A program made the position numbers and the translations under genes. A DNA stretch of 56,804 nt, taken from IMG/VR virus record IMGVR_UViG_3300032318_001198, positions 1 through 56,804 of that record; one strand, 5' to 3'. This document shows, one piece after another, positions 45,288 through 55,412 of this stretch. Source of the stretch: a virus. Taxonomy: Duplodnaviria; Caudoviricetes. Below the pieces are notes generated by a model. That model saw only the letters and a list, made by a program, of their open reading frames with translations. It searched no databases and was not told the DNA's origin. Positions within the stretch are counted from its first letter, which is position 1, and every line of letters begins with the position of its first letter.

Positions 45288-47539
45288 AGTAATTCTACCT
45301 TAGCAGAAACTAGATTTCCTACAACCTCTGGTTCCTTGGTTCCAGTTAAATTACTTTGATAAAGCGGTACTCTTGTGATTTCAGTAACTCGAAAACGTGA
45401 TTTCCTTGGAAGAATAACCTCTTGCTCTTTGGACATACTCCCAGCATTCATAAACCTTGGTACTGCCATTCCCCTGCCTTTTGCTTTGTTTATGGTTAGG
45501 TAGAGTCTCGATTTCGTGTCTCCTACTAATGGATTAACCAAAAACCCATTTCCGTTCTTTGCCATATCTTTGAAAAGGTCACTCTCGAAGAATGATGTAT
45601 CCTTATAAACATTTGATTTACCGAAAGCAGACTTTACCGCTTTTGCATCCATTTTTCCAAATTGCCCATTTTTATTATACGTACTTATCTCTTTAAGGGG
45701 GTTGCCGTCTCCGTATTCATCTATTCCTATTAGATTTGTATACAACTGACTAAGACTGGCGAACTTTGCACCGACATATGCATCCCGAGATGTCGAAACA
45801 AATCCTTTGTCTACAAACTCGGAACCAACTTGGAGCGTTGAAGCAAGCTCTCTTGTTTGTGATTGAGTTTTATTTTTTGCGTGTTTTGCTTGGTCTTCGG
45901 TCATCCCACGATAAATAGTGGATTGTTCATTATTTGGGAAAATCTTTATGGCTTTATCAAGTAGTTCTTTTTTGTCGCCGATGGTAAAGTCTGGAGAGTT
46001 CGGGTCTTTTTCTGGCTCAGAACGACTTTCACTATTCATAAGTATTGAGCCACTACCAGTATAATCAGCTACGGCATTTATCATTTCGTCTGACTTATTT
46101 TGAAGTTCAACCGATGTGTCTGCTCCGAGTCCGTCTTTCGCTACTGCCTCACTCCATTGCTTTGCTTCTCTTTGGTTTTCTGGTCTATCCATTTCTAGGT
46201 TGGGATTATCTAAAATCTTGGAGTACACCCATTCTGCTTCCTGCTTGATAGATGTATACCCCTCTCCTACTCCGCTCTTGCCCTCTCCCCTGCCTCTTCC
46301 CGAGTCGCCACCTCCAGTCCACTTACCACTTTCATCCCGATTTTGTAGCGGGTCGTATTCAAAGCTAGTCGTTATGCAGAAGTCCTTCTGATTTGTAACT
46401 TCTTCTTTGATTGCAACCAATATCTCGTCGGTAATATAATCTGCGATCTCCGAGTCGGAGGGAGTTCTGGCTAAAGTAACTACTGAACCCATAGCCTGAA
46501 AACGAGCAATACCCTTACTGGAACTTCGCCCTTGCTGTGAATTATACTCCTTTACCGCTCCCTTAATAAAACCCGCAATCCCAGCACCCGCAATTAACTC
46601 CCCCCCGAGGGCTGGATTTATTAACGCACCAATCAATATCTTATAACGATGGCTTTGTACGCTAGCGACTGATTCAATCCCTCCCTTGTAGGCGATCTTT
46701 AATGCCTTCGATATGTTGTCTCTAAGATCACGTCCTGCTGGTGATTGAAGATAGTCTCTAATCTCTCCAGCCTTACTCGCTCCGTATTGTGCCTTAATCT
46801 TCGCACCTTCTGCAATCCGCCTCAATGCCCCTTTCTTTTCCTCAACCCCCTTAGCAGGGGCATCCTTGGTCGTTTTTGAGCCATCCCCGCCCTTGGAGCA
46901 AGTGTTGCCCGCCTTGAATCCTCCGCTACCAGTACCACAGTCTAACTCAAGGAGGTCTCCGTCTCCAAAGATAGCCCCGAGAAGGTCTCCGTCTGCCTCT
47001 CTGTAAGACTTCTTAACCTCGCCTCCTCCAGCCATTTTTAGAAATTTATTAACCCGAGCGATAGCCCAAGCATTACGAGAATTAGGTGCACCTCCGCTTA
47101 TGGTCGGTCTGTAGCTAGTAGAAAAAGCTCCCGCACCCCTACGAAAGACTTTTTTCAAAGTTCCGAGAGAGGGAGCGTTGCGGTTGGGATGCCTTTTCTT
47201 GAAGTCGGCAATCTTGTTTCTAAGGGTTTCCTCTACTTGCTCCGATACTTCGATGCCTCCAGATTCGCTTCTTGTCGATGCCGTGCCCTGCGGGTTTTTT
47301 TCGGAACCTTTGATTCTGTCTTTTTTTGGTGCGGGTGTTTGAGAAATAGTTCGGGCAAGTTCTTCGATCTTATGAGGCAACTTAGCACCAGTCATCTTCT
47401 CGTATTCCTCCGCCCCGAACATCGCTATAGCGTCTTTAATCCGCTCCTCCTGCGTCTTGTTGAGTTGCTCAATAAGCCCATCAACGTAGTCGTCGTCCTG
47501 CTTCTTGTAAGCCTTATCGATTTCAGAAAGCTGTTGCAT
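45284..47539 (-). CDS. Multidomain virion effector with C-terminal R-S-E ADP-ribosyltransferase
   Basis: IYRG, FVSTS, EQEV; linkers DCGTGSGGFKAGNTC and YDPLQNRDESGKW. Confidence 0.8.
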   Translation of the reverse strand: MQQLSEIDKAYKKQDDDYVDGLIEQLNKTQEERIKDAIAMFGAEEYEKMTGAKLPHKIEELARTISQTPAPKKDRIKGSEKNPQGTASTRSESGGIEVSEQVEETLRNKIADFKKRHPNRNAPSLGTLKKVFRRGAGAFSTSYRPTISGGAPNSRNAWAIARVNKFLKMAGGGEVKKSYREADGDLLGAIFGDGDLLELDCGTGSGGFKAGNTCSKGGDGSKTTKDAPAKGVEEKKGALRRIAEGAKIKAQYGASKAGEIRDYLQSPAGRDLRDNISKALKIAYKGGIESVASVQSHRYKILIGALINPALGGELIAGAGIAGFIKGAVKEYNSQQGRSSSKGIARFQAMGSVVTLARTPSDSEIADYITDEILVAIKEEVTNQKDFCITTSFEYDPLQNRDESGKWTGGGDSGRGRGEGKSGVGEGYTSIKQEAEWVYSKILDNPNLEMDRPENQREAKQWSEAVAKDGLGADTSVELQNKSDEMINAVADYTGSGSILMNSESRSEPEKDPNSPDFTIGDKKELLDKAIKIFPNNEQSTIYRGMTEDQAKHAKNKTQSQTRELASTLQVGSEFVDKGFVSTSRDAYVGAKFASLSQLYTNLIGIDEYGDGNPLKEISTYNKNGQFGKMDAKAVKSAFGKSNVYKDTSFFESDLFKDMAKNGNGFLVNPLVGDTKSRLYLTINKAKGRGMAVPRFMNAGSMSKEQEVILPRKSRFRVTEITRVPLYQSNLTGTKEPEVVGNLVSAKVELL

Positions 47540-49817
47540 AAGTCTCCTTCACTCTTGGTGTTTGGCCTTTGCTCTTGTCTGCGTTGCCGTCTATTTGATA
47601 GCCAATATCTGCAATCCCACCATCCGTTAGCCTTCTCCAAGTGCCCAAGGCTTGTACTGCTGAACCCTTGATATAGCCATAAGGAACGTAGCGTCCGTTC
47701 GGTTTTGCAAATCTTTTACCCGCCCGAGTAAGTGCGTTCTTATCATTTACGTCAACGTGCACAATTCCAATTTTATAGCCCCACGACTTAAGAAGGTTAG
47801 CCATCCCTTCAACCTTACCAGTATTTTTACCAGTAATATCGATAATCATATTGTGACGAGCACCCATAGCCATAGGAAAGATTTGCTTCTCTGAGATGAA
47901 TGAACTCTCTTCGTGAAAAGCTCCAGCGTTCCATCCTTCATATCCCTTAAGCTGTGCCTTGACTGCGTCGGGGTCAATGATTGTTACTTGCTTGCCTCCT
48001 AGAATCTTGTCTGCATAGGGTCTGCCCACGGTTGTTTTGCCCGAGGCTGGAGAACCCATAAGAATAACCGCAATAGGATTTTCGGATACCGCTTTTGGGT
48101 TTAGCTGAGATTCAATAATCTTCTTATTGTATTCTTTTGTTTCTTTCGTTGGATTTTGAAAGGTCTGCACGATGTCTGCTGATTGTTTGTACTTGCTTGG
48201 GTCTCTTAGACTCCAATGCGTTACTGAGGCTAATTTATTATTTTCATCCTTAGCAACCTTCGCCTGCAATACTGCCATCTTCTTTAGGGTTTCAACTACT
48301 TTTGGGTCTCGATTTAATTTGTCTATAAGTCTTTGGGCTTGTCTTTCGTTTCTGGCTTCTTGTGCTTTTGTAGCCCTTCCTCCCCCTCCGCCACCCGAAC
48401 CGCTCCATCTGCCCCTCTCGTCCCTCTGCTGAGAGGGGTCGTAAAACTCTATCGGAGTGTAGCCCCTGTAATAATGTAGCCTGCCCCTTTGGAGGGAGTG
48501 GTGAATACGAGTCGGGAATTTTGTTTCGTAGCTTCGGATATTTTCTTGGTAAGCTCGTTCTCCGTCTTCTCTGGTATCTCCACCGATAAACTCGCCAACA
48601 CCTCTGACTGAAATTGCTGTTGCATTTAATGCTCCTAGTATATTGGAAACTTTAGTCAACAAGGACGCTCCTTGGTCAAGGATAGTTACGTTTGTCTTCT
48701 TTTCGTTTCCCACCAAAGTTCTAAATTTGATTCCATTTTCTGTCAATACCTTTCTAACTTCTCCCATTCCAAGCTGAGATGTAATTTTATGAAGAATGTC
48801 GTTTCCATTTTCTTTTTCTTCAAACGCTATGACTGCTTTTTGTTGTAGCTTTGAGCCTAGCTTAGATGCTGTATATTTAATCTGGTCAAAGTCCTCTCCC
48901 TTAACCTTCATAATAATGGAGTCTTCCGCACCATCTTCCCAATCTCCAACTCCACTCTCCATCTCTGCCGTCATCTTCTGCTTTTCGATTATGCTCTTAG
49001 CCATCTTCACAGCCTCAGCGTGTTTTGGGCTATCCTTTTCCGCAACTGCCTGCGGAAAGGTCATATCTTCCCTAGTATTTGGAGATACCATAATCTCACC
49101 GCTTCCAGTCCATCTACCGCTCGAATCCCTATCCTGCGATGGGTCGTAGAATGCAATCCTACTTTTTATAGGCTCCTGAATTAGAATAGGCACATAGATT
49201 AATCCCTCTTCACTTGCTAGGTTTTTTACTGCAAGAGGCTTTGGTTTGCTTCCGTTCTCGTAGATATATTTTCTAACACTATCAATATCAAATATCGACA
49301 TAGTCTTTATGTTCCGAGGATGTACCGAGCCGTCTTTTACAAATATCTTAGAAACTGCGGCCATACCAGTCTTGCCCATCATTTGTGATTTCTTGCTTGG
49401 GATATTATCTGCCACGCTTTTGAACCCTTCGGCCAATATGCCGATGATTCCTATAAGTTGTTTGCCACCGATTTTGCTAGTTTTTCCACCACGCAACGCT
49501 CCGTATTCCATCGCCAAGTCCATTGAGTCCGTAGAATATACTTTTCCTCCACCCCATACGCCTTCCTTGCTTGGTTTAATTCCCTGCTCTCGAATCGACT
49601 TTAATGCCTGAGCAGAAGTTCCGTGATAAAGCATCGTTGTCTTCTCACCAGTTTCCTTGCTAGCCCTCTCTGGATTATCTTGTGCCCACTTGGGAGTAGT
49701 AGTCTGAGCATTCGAACCCGAACCTCCACCCGAACCAGTCCACCTCCCACTAGAGTCACGATCTTGCGATGGGTCGTAGAAATTGATCTGCCTTGAATTA
49801 TAGCAAAGCGAGATCAT
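47523..49817 (-). CDS. Multidomain virion effector: H-Y ART-like, unknown domain, zeta-toxin-like kinase
   Basis: LYHGTS..VY; GSPASGKT, IDPD, HEESS; three FYDPSQ.RD..GRW repeats. Confidence 0.8.
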   Translation of the reverse strand: MISLCYNSRQINFYDPSQDRDSSGRWTGSGGGSGSNAQTTTPKWAQDNPERASKETGEKTTMLYHGTSAQALKSIREQGIKPSKEGVWGGGKVYSTDSMDLAMEYGALRGGKTSKIGGKQLIGIIGILAEGFKSVADNIPSKKSQMMGKTGMAAVSKIFVKDGSVHPRNIKTMSIFDIDSVRKYIYENGSKPKPLAVKNLASEEGLIYVPILIQEPIKSRIAFYDPSQDRDSSGRWTGSGEIMVSPNTREDMTFPQAVAEKDSPKHAEAVKMAKSIIEKQKMTAEMESGVGDWEDGAEDSIIMKVKGEDFDQIKYTASKLGSKLQQKAVIAFEEKENGNDILHKITSQLGMGEVRKVLTENGIKFRTLVGNEKKTNVTILDQGASLLTKVSNILGALNATAISVRGVGEFIGGDTREDGERAYQENIRSYETKFPTRIHHSLQRGRLHYYRGYTPIEFYDPSQQRDERGRWSGSGGGGGGRATKAQEARNERQAQRLIDKLNRDPKVVETLKKMAVLQAKVAKDENNKLASVTHWSLRDPSKYKQSADIVQTFQNPTKETKEYNKKIIESQLNPKAVSENPIAVILMGSPASGKTTVGRPYADKILGGKQVTIIDPDAVKAQLKGYEGWNAGAFHEESSFISEKQIFPMAMGARHNMIIDITGKNTGKVEGMANLLKSWGYKIGIVHVDVNDKNALTRAGKRFAKPNGRYVPYGYIKGSAVQALGTWRRLTDGGIADIGYQIDGNADKSKGQTPRVKETYATAF

Positions 49818-49822
49818 CTAAG

Positions 49823-51832
49823 TTATTTTCCTTCTCTGGCTTTGTTTAGTTGGTCTACGACAACCTTTGATCTGGCGAACCCTGCGTCTCCACCCCATCC
49901 GTTCCAAGCTTGCCACCCCTTACCCTTCTCATCCCAACTGCTTCCCTGCTTATCGACTTCGTGACGAGTAAAGAAATTCTTCATACGCCTCCAGCTTCTA
50001 GGGGATAATCTCTTGGCATTGATTATGTCTCTTGCCCTAGCAACGCCAACTTGTGTCATTCCCCGCTGGCTAGCTGGTTTCGTCGCACGCACTCGTAGTG
50101 CTGACTTTGCGGACTCAATCATTCCAGCGTTGGGAGATAAATCTATATCACCAACTGCCTGCATCTCGATAGCGTCCAAGATCATCTCAGCTTCTCTAGT
50201 CGTGATAGCCTTCGGTGTTCGCCTTGCTCTGGTTGGAACTTCCTCTTCGGTGTCTTCTTCTTTGTCGTCTACTTCCGATTCATCATTTGTGTTAGGCACG
50301 TCTGGCAATTTGGCCTCCGCCACGGAGGGCAATGGGGCTTGGGGCGGAGCAGTCGGCTCAGAGGGCTTAAAAGAGTCTGAAATACTTTCGATAGGTATTT
50401 CCATTTCTTGAGCAAGGTCGGTTGCAATACGGACTTCCTTTGCTCTTTGTCTGATAGATTCCTCATAGTCTTCTCCTTTGCTTCCGTAAATTTCAGTCAT
50501 TGTTCGGAGTCCAGCTTTGAACTCAGCGATGGCACTCTGTGAGTCACGCCCTACGTCTATGGTTGGGTCGGCGGGATATATCCATTTGCCATTTCTATAG
50601 TTAGCACTTGGAGGGATTTCCCCTTTGCTCATTCCGTCTGCGAGCACCAAGTTCTTAACCCTGTCAAAAAATCTATCTTCCATAATTGACTGCCAACGTT
50701 TGAAGGTTCTGGAAGCGAGGGACATTTCCAGCCTCACGGTTGGGCCGCCGAGCTTAGAAAGGTCGTAGCAAAAACCGAATGGGAGGTTGAATGCTAAGGC
50801 AATCAAATGAACCATTAAGTCCACATACCCTTGGAAAGCCGAGGAGGGACGATTACTTTCGAACATTTTCATTTCGCTACCCGAGGGCAAGTAGTTGATC
50901 TGCGACTTCTGCATCGTCTCGAGATTCGTTAGGTTGCCGTATGCGTCTGTGTTGGCTTGGTTAAAATATGAGGATGGGTCGTCTGCTTGTCCGCTGGTGT
51001 TGGCGATGGTCATAATCCGCATCGCCGCGTTCTTGACTGCCATTTGCTCTGCGTCGAGCGTCTCCTGCAAGTCCTTACATTGATTAATGATTGATGCTAG
51101 ATGGCTACGTCCACGCACTTCGTCGAGCCTTAAGGGGTCATAGATTAGGAGGAAAGACTGAGCGGGAACTATCTGCGGGTCGGTATAAGAGTTACCTTGT
51201 GTTCGACGATAAACTTTGTATCCAGTTGTCTTTCCGTTTGGGTCAAAGCAAACTCCCCCGATATATTCTTGGTTAGCTGTCGGCACATCTATGTTTCCAC
51301 CAATACGATCTGCCTCTACGCTTTGTAGTGCTAAAGGGCTATTTGGGTCTGCGATTCCATTCGAGGTCTCTTGTCTGGTAATTACGAACCCAACGTCTCC
51401 ATCTCTAAGCACAGAGCGGAGGGCGAGGTGGGATAAGGAATGGAAGTTGTGTCGCCCTAAGTAATCGGCTTTCTTGCACCAGTTCTCCCAATACTTTTCG
51501 TAAGCGTCATCTATCTGGTTATCTCCAGTCCTACTAGAGTAGCGAAACTGCCCGAGGGCATACTGACTGAACTTCAAAAGGATGCTACGAATGATTGAGT
51601 TGTTGTCCTCTAGGTCACGTGCCGCACGTATCAACTGAATGCGTTCGAACGTTGAAGAGAATCCCTCTCCGCCACTTAGTATTCTGGATGGTGCACGATC
51701 TGTAAGGGTATACGCACCAGCAAATCTGTTGAACTCCACTAACTTACATTTGTCTGCTAAACGTTTGATTCCAAAGGCGGGATTTACCGAGGATACAATT
51801 TTCTCTATGAAGTTCAGGTTGGGCATATGCAA
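49823..51832 (-). CDS. Portal protein (lambda family) with C-terminal extra domain
   Basis: ARDL..NN, DGDV, EADRI, RG.S.L, IDVGRD; start probably 51826. Confidence 0.9.
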   Translation of the reverse strand: MHMPNLNFIEKIVSSVNPAFGIKRLADKCKLVEFNRFAGAYTLTDRAPSRILSGGEGFSSTFERIQLIRAARDLEDNNSIIRSILLKFSQYALGQFRYSSRTGDNQIDDAYEKYWENWCKKADYLGRHNFHSLSHLALRSVLRDGDVGFVITRQETSNGIADPNSPLALQSVEADRIGGNIDVPTANQEYIGGVCFDPNGKTTGYKVYRRTQGNSYTDPQIVPAQSFLLIYDPLRLDEVRGRSHLASIINQCKDLQETLDAEQMAVKNAAMRIMTIANTSGQADDPSSYFNQANTDAYGNLTNLETMQKSQINYLPSGSEMKMFESNRPSSAFQGYVDLMVHLIALAFNLPFGFCYDLSKLGGPTVRLEMSLASRTFKRWQSIMEDRFFDRVKNLVLADGMSKGEIPPSANYRNGKWIYPADPTIDVGRDSQSAIAEFKAGLRTMTEIYGSKGEDYEESIRQRAKEVRIATDLAQEMEIPIESISDSFKPSEPTAPPQAPLPSVAEAKLPDVPNTNDESEVDDKEEDTEEEVPTRARRTPKAITTREAEMILDAIEMQAVGDIDLSPNAGMIESAKSALRVRATKPASQRGMTQVGVARARDIINAKRLSPRSWRRMKNFFTRHEVDKQGSSWDEKGKGWQAWNGWGGDAGFARSKVVVDQLNKAREGK

Positions 51833-51860
51833 GGATTATACGTATAGTATTTTATATCAA

Positions 51861-52121
51861 CTAGAATCTTCCGCCCCGAGAATAATCAGCATAGACTCTA
51901 GTTATCCTAGTCCCTGCCCCTGCAAGTCGATTTAAGGCTGAGGTCGCCTCAAGAATGGTCATCTCAAGCTCGTTTAGGTTCGCCCTTGTAAGTTGCCTTC
52001 CTCCAATAGAATACGAAGAACCAGTTGTCAAAATTGCATTGACTGCGGACAACGCATTGTCCCGAATCGTGGTGATTTGGCCTGCGGTTAGCCCGAAAAA
52101 TACGCCTTGAACGCTAGCCAT
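51861..52121 (-). CDS. Head-tail adaptor (gpW-like)
   Basis: GSSYSIGGRQLTRANL; between TerL and portal. Confidence 0.75.
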   Translation of the reverse strand: MASVQGVFFGLTAGQITTIRDNALSAVNAILTTGSSYSIGGRQLTRANLNELEMTILEATSALNRLAGAGTRITRVYADYSRGGRF

Positions 52122-52126
52122 ACCGA

Positions 52127-53950
52127 TTACGCTTCTGTCAACTCTTGCGATTTATATTCATCGCCAACTTGTTTCATTTCGGAAGAATCTTCATTTGGTA
52201 CTGGCATACAACCAAGTAGCATAGCCCCTACTAGATTCATACACTCACAGTCTCTTAAGTGATTGTCCTTGTGTATTCTATGCCAAACTAGTTTAGTACG
52301 CCCCGAGATGGGGTTGTACTTAGGCTTCTTGATTTCGCTATTGATATGTTTGTGCCATTCTTCGGGAGTGTCTAAAGGGATAAGCCAAGAACCCATCCTC
52401 TTGTTCTTTAACGCTGTAAGGATGTCTTTGATGGTCGGGTTTGACCAACGAATAACTGGACATCTCTTTTTGGATAGCCCTTCGGCTTGAGCCACCCTAC
52501 CAGTTCCGCTTAAGGGGTCGCCCCATTGAAGGGCGGAATAGGGGCGATTGATGCGGGAGGTCGGAGTTACGTGTGCGAAAAGGTGAGAGTCGGAGCCGAG
52601 CAAGCAAGTCCACCCAAACTTACAAGCTTGATAGTAAACGTCTCTGGTCTGATCTCCGCTGTCCACAAAAACCATTTTATCATCCACTTTCCAATCCAAC
52701 TGCATAACCCTTAGTGCGTCCCACGTCTCCAGCCTTCCACACCACTCCAGCCTAGAGGTTCCGTCCAACTTCCAAGCCCGCACCACCACCCACATATGAA
52801 AGCCCTTGGCTTCTTGGATGTCCGCCGAGATTATTCGCCTGTCGGCTTCTGCCCATACCTCACCCATCCTGTACCCGCTACCCTCAACTTTGTCTGTGCT
52901 TTCTTCGGGATTCTCTACCCAAGGTTGGGCGAGTACTGAATTGACGAAGTCCTGCAAGCCAACCAAGGATTTCTTGTCGTTCACAAACTTCACAGCCAGT
53001 TTCCCGAAAGTCTCCCAAGGGGAATATATTCCTGATAGGGAGTAGGATTTTACATTTGGCTCAGGGTTTGGGTTTGCTGGTTTCCATTTGCCCAACCTAA
53101 GCATCTTTGTCTTCTGACCATCAGTTATCCTTCCCTTGCACTTGGGGCACTCGTAGTAAGCCGTAGCTCGCACTCTCTCGTTATCCCACGTTCCATCCTC
53201 CCCTTTAGCCTCTTTGTCCCATTTCACGTTCGGCCAAGTCAGAACTTGGAACTCGTTGCAATGAGGGCAAGGAACGTGATAGTACCTCTGGTCGCCTCTA
53301 AGGAATGCCTGCCATATGTACCCAAACTCTGTCGTTGGCGTGGAGGTTTGAATAGTTAGACTTAGGGGATACGTCCTTGTTCTGGCTTCGGCTAGCTGAA
53401 TCGCCCCAGCTTCTCTAGATGATGCTTCGGCAAACTTATCAGTTTCATCACAAATCAAAAGTCCTACGCTACGTGATGCAAGATTTGCTGGTGAGTTACT
53501 GCCAAAAAACCAAAGTGACATACGATCAAAATGTTGTTCCATTATCTTGAACTTGTCTGCGTTAGCTGGCTTGTGTTTTGCTAGAGCAGGGCAATCGCTT
53601 ACCATAGGTTGCCAACGATATTCAGAAAAGCTTCTGGCGAGATTCTCGTTCGGCATAACCCACATTGCGGGAACTGGATTAACGTCGAGCCTATAGGCTA
53701 GTCCAGCTAGAATGGTTGTCGTCTTTGCGGTCTGTGCTCCCCAGCAAAGAACCATCGTGCGTGTATGGTCATCCTTGAAGTTTTCGAGAGGCTCCCGAAC
53801 ATATGGTGTAAGAAGAGTTGAGTACGCACCAGCAGAAGAAGATACCCTTTCCGAAAGATATAGATTAGCCTCTGCCCATTGCTGAACTGATAGTGCTTGG
53901 CGTGGACTCCAGATATTATCCACAAACTGCTCTAGGTCTAATTCATTCAA
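52127..53950 (-). CDS. terL: Terminase large subunit (GpA family)
   Basis: TPY.REP, AQTAKT, DETD, STPT, GDQRYYHVPCPHC, VDSG, NH.RDCE. Confidence 0.95.
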   Translation of the reverse strand: MNELDLEQFVDNIWSPRQALSVQQWAEANLYLSERVSSSAGAYSTLLTPYVREPLENFKDDHTRTMVLCWGAQTAKTTTILAGLAYRLDVNPVPAMWVMPNENLARSFSEYRWQPMVSDCPALAKHKPANADKFKIMEQHFDRMSLWFFGSNSPANLASRSVGLLICDETDKFAEASSREAGAIQLAEARTRTYPLSLTIQTSTPTTEFGYIWQAFLRGDQRYYHVPCPHCNEFQVLTWPNVKWDKEAKGEDGTWDNERVRATAYYECPKCKGRITDGQKTKMLRLGKWKPANPNPEPNVKSYSLSGIYSPWETFGKLAVKFVNDKKSLVGLQDFVNSVLAQPWVENPEESTDKVEGSGYRMGEVWAEADRRIISADIQEAKGFHMWVVVRAWKLDGTSRLEWCGRLETWDALRVMQLDWKVDDKMVFVDSGDQTRDVYYQACKFGWTCLLGSDSHLFAHVTPTSRINRPYSALQWGDPLSGTGRVAQAEGLSKKRCPVIRWSNPTIKDILTALKNKRMGSWLIPLDTPEEWHKHINSEIKKPKYNPISGRTKLVWHRIHKDNHLRDCECMNLVGAMLLGCMPVPNEDSSEMKQVGDEYKSQELTEA

Positions 53951-54503
53951 TATATTGTCCCTTGAGTGCCTCGCCCTCTGATATAACAGGAACTCCTTTC
54001 GGGTAAAGTATTTTCTCCTCGCTCGTCTTGCAAACTACTAACTTAGCAAACTTCAAATAGTCAAAAGCCCAATTTACTAAGGCATCTTCCATTGGCATAT
54101 TATTGTAAACGATGTCCCTTGCTGGCTTTTGTTTCCAAAGATAAAGAACTCCCTCCCGAGTTACCGAGTAAGACTCTGGAATAGGCGGAGCAATGCCCAT
54201 CCACGCCCTCGAGCCGTAACTGCCAAGAAGTTGCACTAACTCAAAATTTGCTTGCGGAGTGCTACCTCCTACAAGAACTGGAAAACCCTGCTTAGTGATA
54301 AACTTCTTATTAAGTAGCAAGGGGCAAGTATTTGGGGAAAAGAAAAATATATGAGGATACAATCCATTCAAATAGCAATTTTTAGCTAGATTGTAGGTTG
54401 CGTCTGAATGTTTGCCGTTATGTTCCCCGCAACATACTACTGCAACCTTATCACGATCAGATATAGAGAGGAGTTCCGTCTCTAGTATTTCTTCTTTTAA
54501 CAT
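53943..54503 (-). CDS. Hypothetical protein next to TET/JBP gene
   Basis: 186-aa ORF coupled between dioxygenase and TerL. Confidence 0.55.
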   Translation of the reverse strand: MLKEEILETELLSISDRDKVAVVCCGEHNGKHSDATYNLAKNCYLNGLYPHIFFFSPNTCPLLLNKKFITKQGFPVLVGGSTPQANFELVQLLGSYGSRAWMGIAPPIPESYSVTREGVLYLWKQKPARDIVYNNMPMEDALVNWAFDYLKFAKLVVCKTSEEKILYPKGVPVISEGEALKGQYIE

Positions 54504-55389
54504 CGTCTAACTCTTTCTTTAGGGTTCCACACTTGTACATATTCTCTCTATAATAGAATACGCAACTTATTCTTTCGTGGGGAACTCCGATTTTAGGAAC
54601 AAGAGGGGTATTTCCGTGCCATTCGTGGACATCGCATAAAATTAAATCTCCAGTCCGCATATTTACCGCAGTCCTATATTTCGGGAATACTAGATTGCAA
54701 CCTTTGTAGCCTCCAGCGGAGAACGCAGTCATACACCCAAACCCTTCGGCAAGGTCTCCAGCGTCCTTATGTACCGCAGTCTGCCAGTTTTTGTTTACTG
54801 TTATGGTCGTGAATACACTATTTGGAATTACCCAATCTTTAATTGTTTTGTCGCATCTTGCTTTTTGAGCTTTATATCGTTCTGGAACTAGCTCTTTGAA
54901 GGATTTGCTGATAAATTGAATAAGGGGCAGGGCTAACGCAAACTTTTCTGGATTTTCGTTAGTCCACCTAGTTGTACGGCAATACGGCATTCTCGAAGTT
55001 TTATCGGTAAAACCTATCAAACCACTTAGAATTGGCTTAGGTCTCTCCCAAACATTGCTTAGTGTTCCATCTTTCTTAACTCGATATCCACCCTTTGTTT
55101 GATTCCCTGCTACGACAAAATTACTTTTCACATCTTTCTTAATGTTTCCGCCCGCAGTTCCACGATTATAGGTTTTTGTCGCTCCAGTTCTCAGAGATGG
55201 GTAGGCTTGCTTGCAAATTGACAGAGGAATGATTCCCTTTCGGAACTTAAGCAGAAGCTCGCCATTGGGTTTATAGACATCAGTATCCTCGTCTATGATA
55301 TGATCGTAGCAGTTTTCGTGAAGGTGAGTCCCTGCTAGGCAGTCCACCTCCTCATCTGCTAGGCATTGCGTAATATGCACGATATCCAT
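54457..55389 (-). CDS. TET/JBP-family 2OG-Fe(II) dioxygenase
   Basis: PYCR.T, FTTITVNKN..TAVHKDAGD, DVHEWHGNT, RISCVFYYRE. Confidence 0.88.
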   Translation of the reverse strand: MDIVHITQCLADEEVDCLAGTHLHENCYDHIIDEDTDVYKPNGELLLKFRKGIIPLSICKQAYPSLRTGATKTYNRGTAGGNIKKDVKSNFVVAGNQTKGGYRVKKDGTLSNVWERPKPILSGLIGFTDKTSRMPYCRTTRWTNENPEKFALALPLIQFISKSFKELVPERYKAQKARCDKTIKDWVIPNSVFTTITVNKNWQTAVHKDAGDLAEGFGCMTAFSAGGYKGCNLVFPKYRTAVNMRTGDLILCDVHEWHGNTPLVPKIGVPHERISCVFYYRENMYKCGTLKKELDDVKRRNTRDGTPLYI

Positions 55390-55412
55390 ACTACCAAGTA
55401 AAATGTCAAAGA

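Noticed and set aside
46315-49782. Repeats as CRISPR array or DGR template/variable pair
   Set aside because: In-frame peptide repeats with synonymous variation, spaced by hundreds of bp; no reverse transcriptase or cas genes
49817-49825. Stop read-through fusing portal to the effector ORF
   Set aside because: 5-nt gap puts them in different frames and the portal frame meets TGA two codons later
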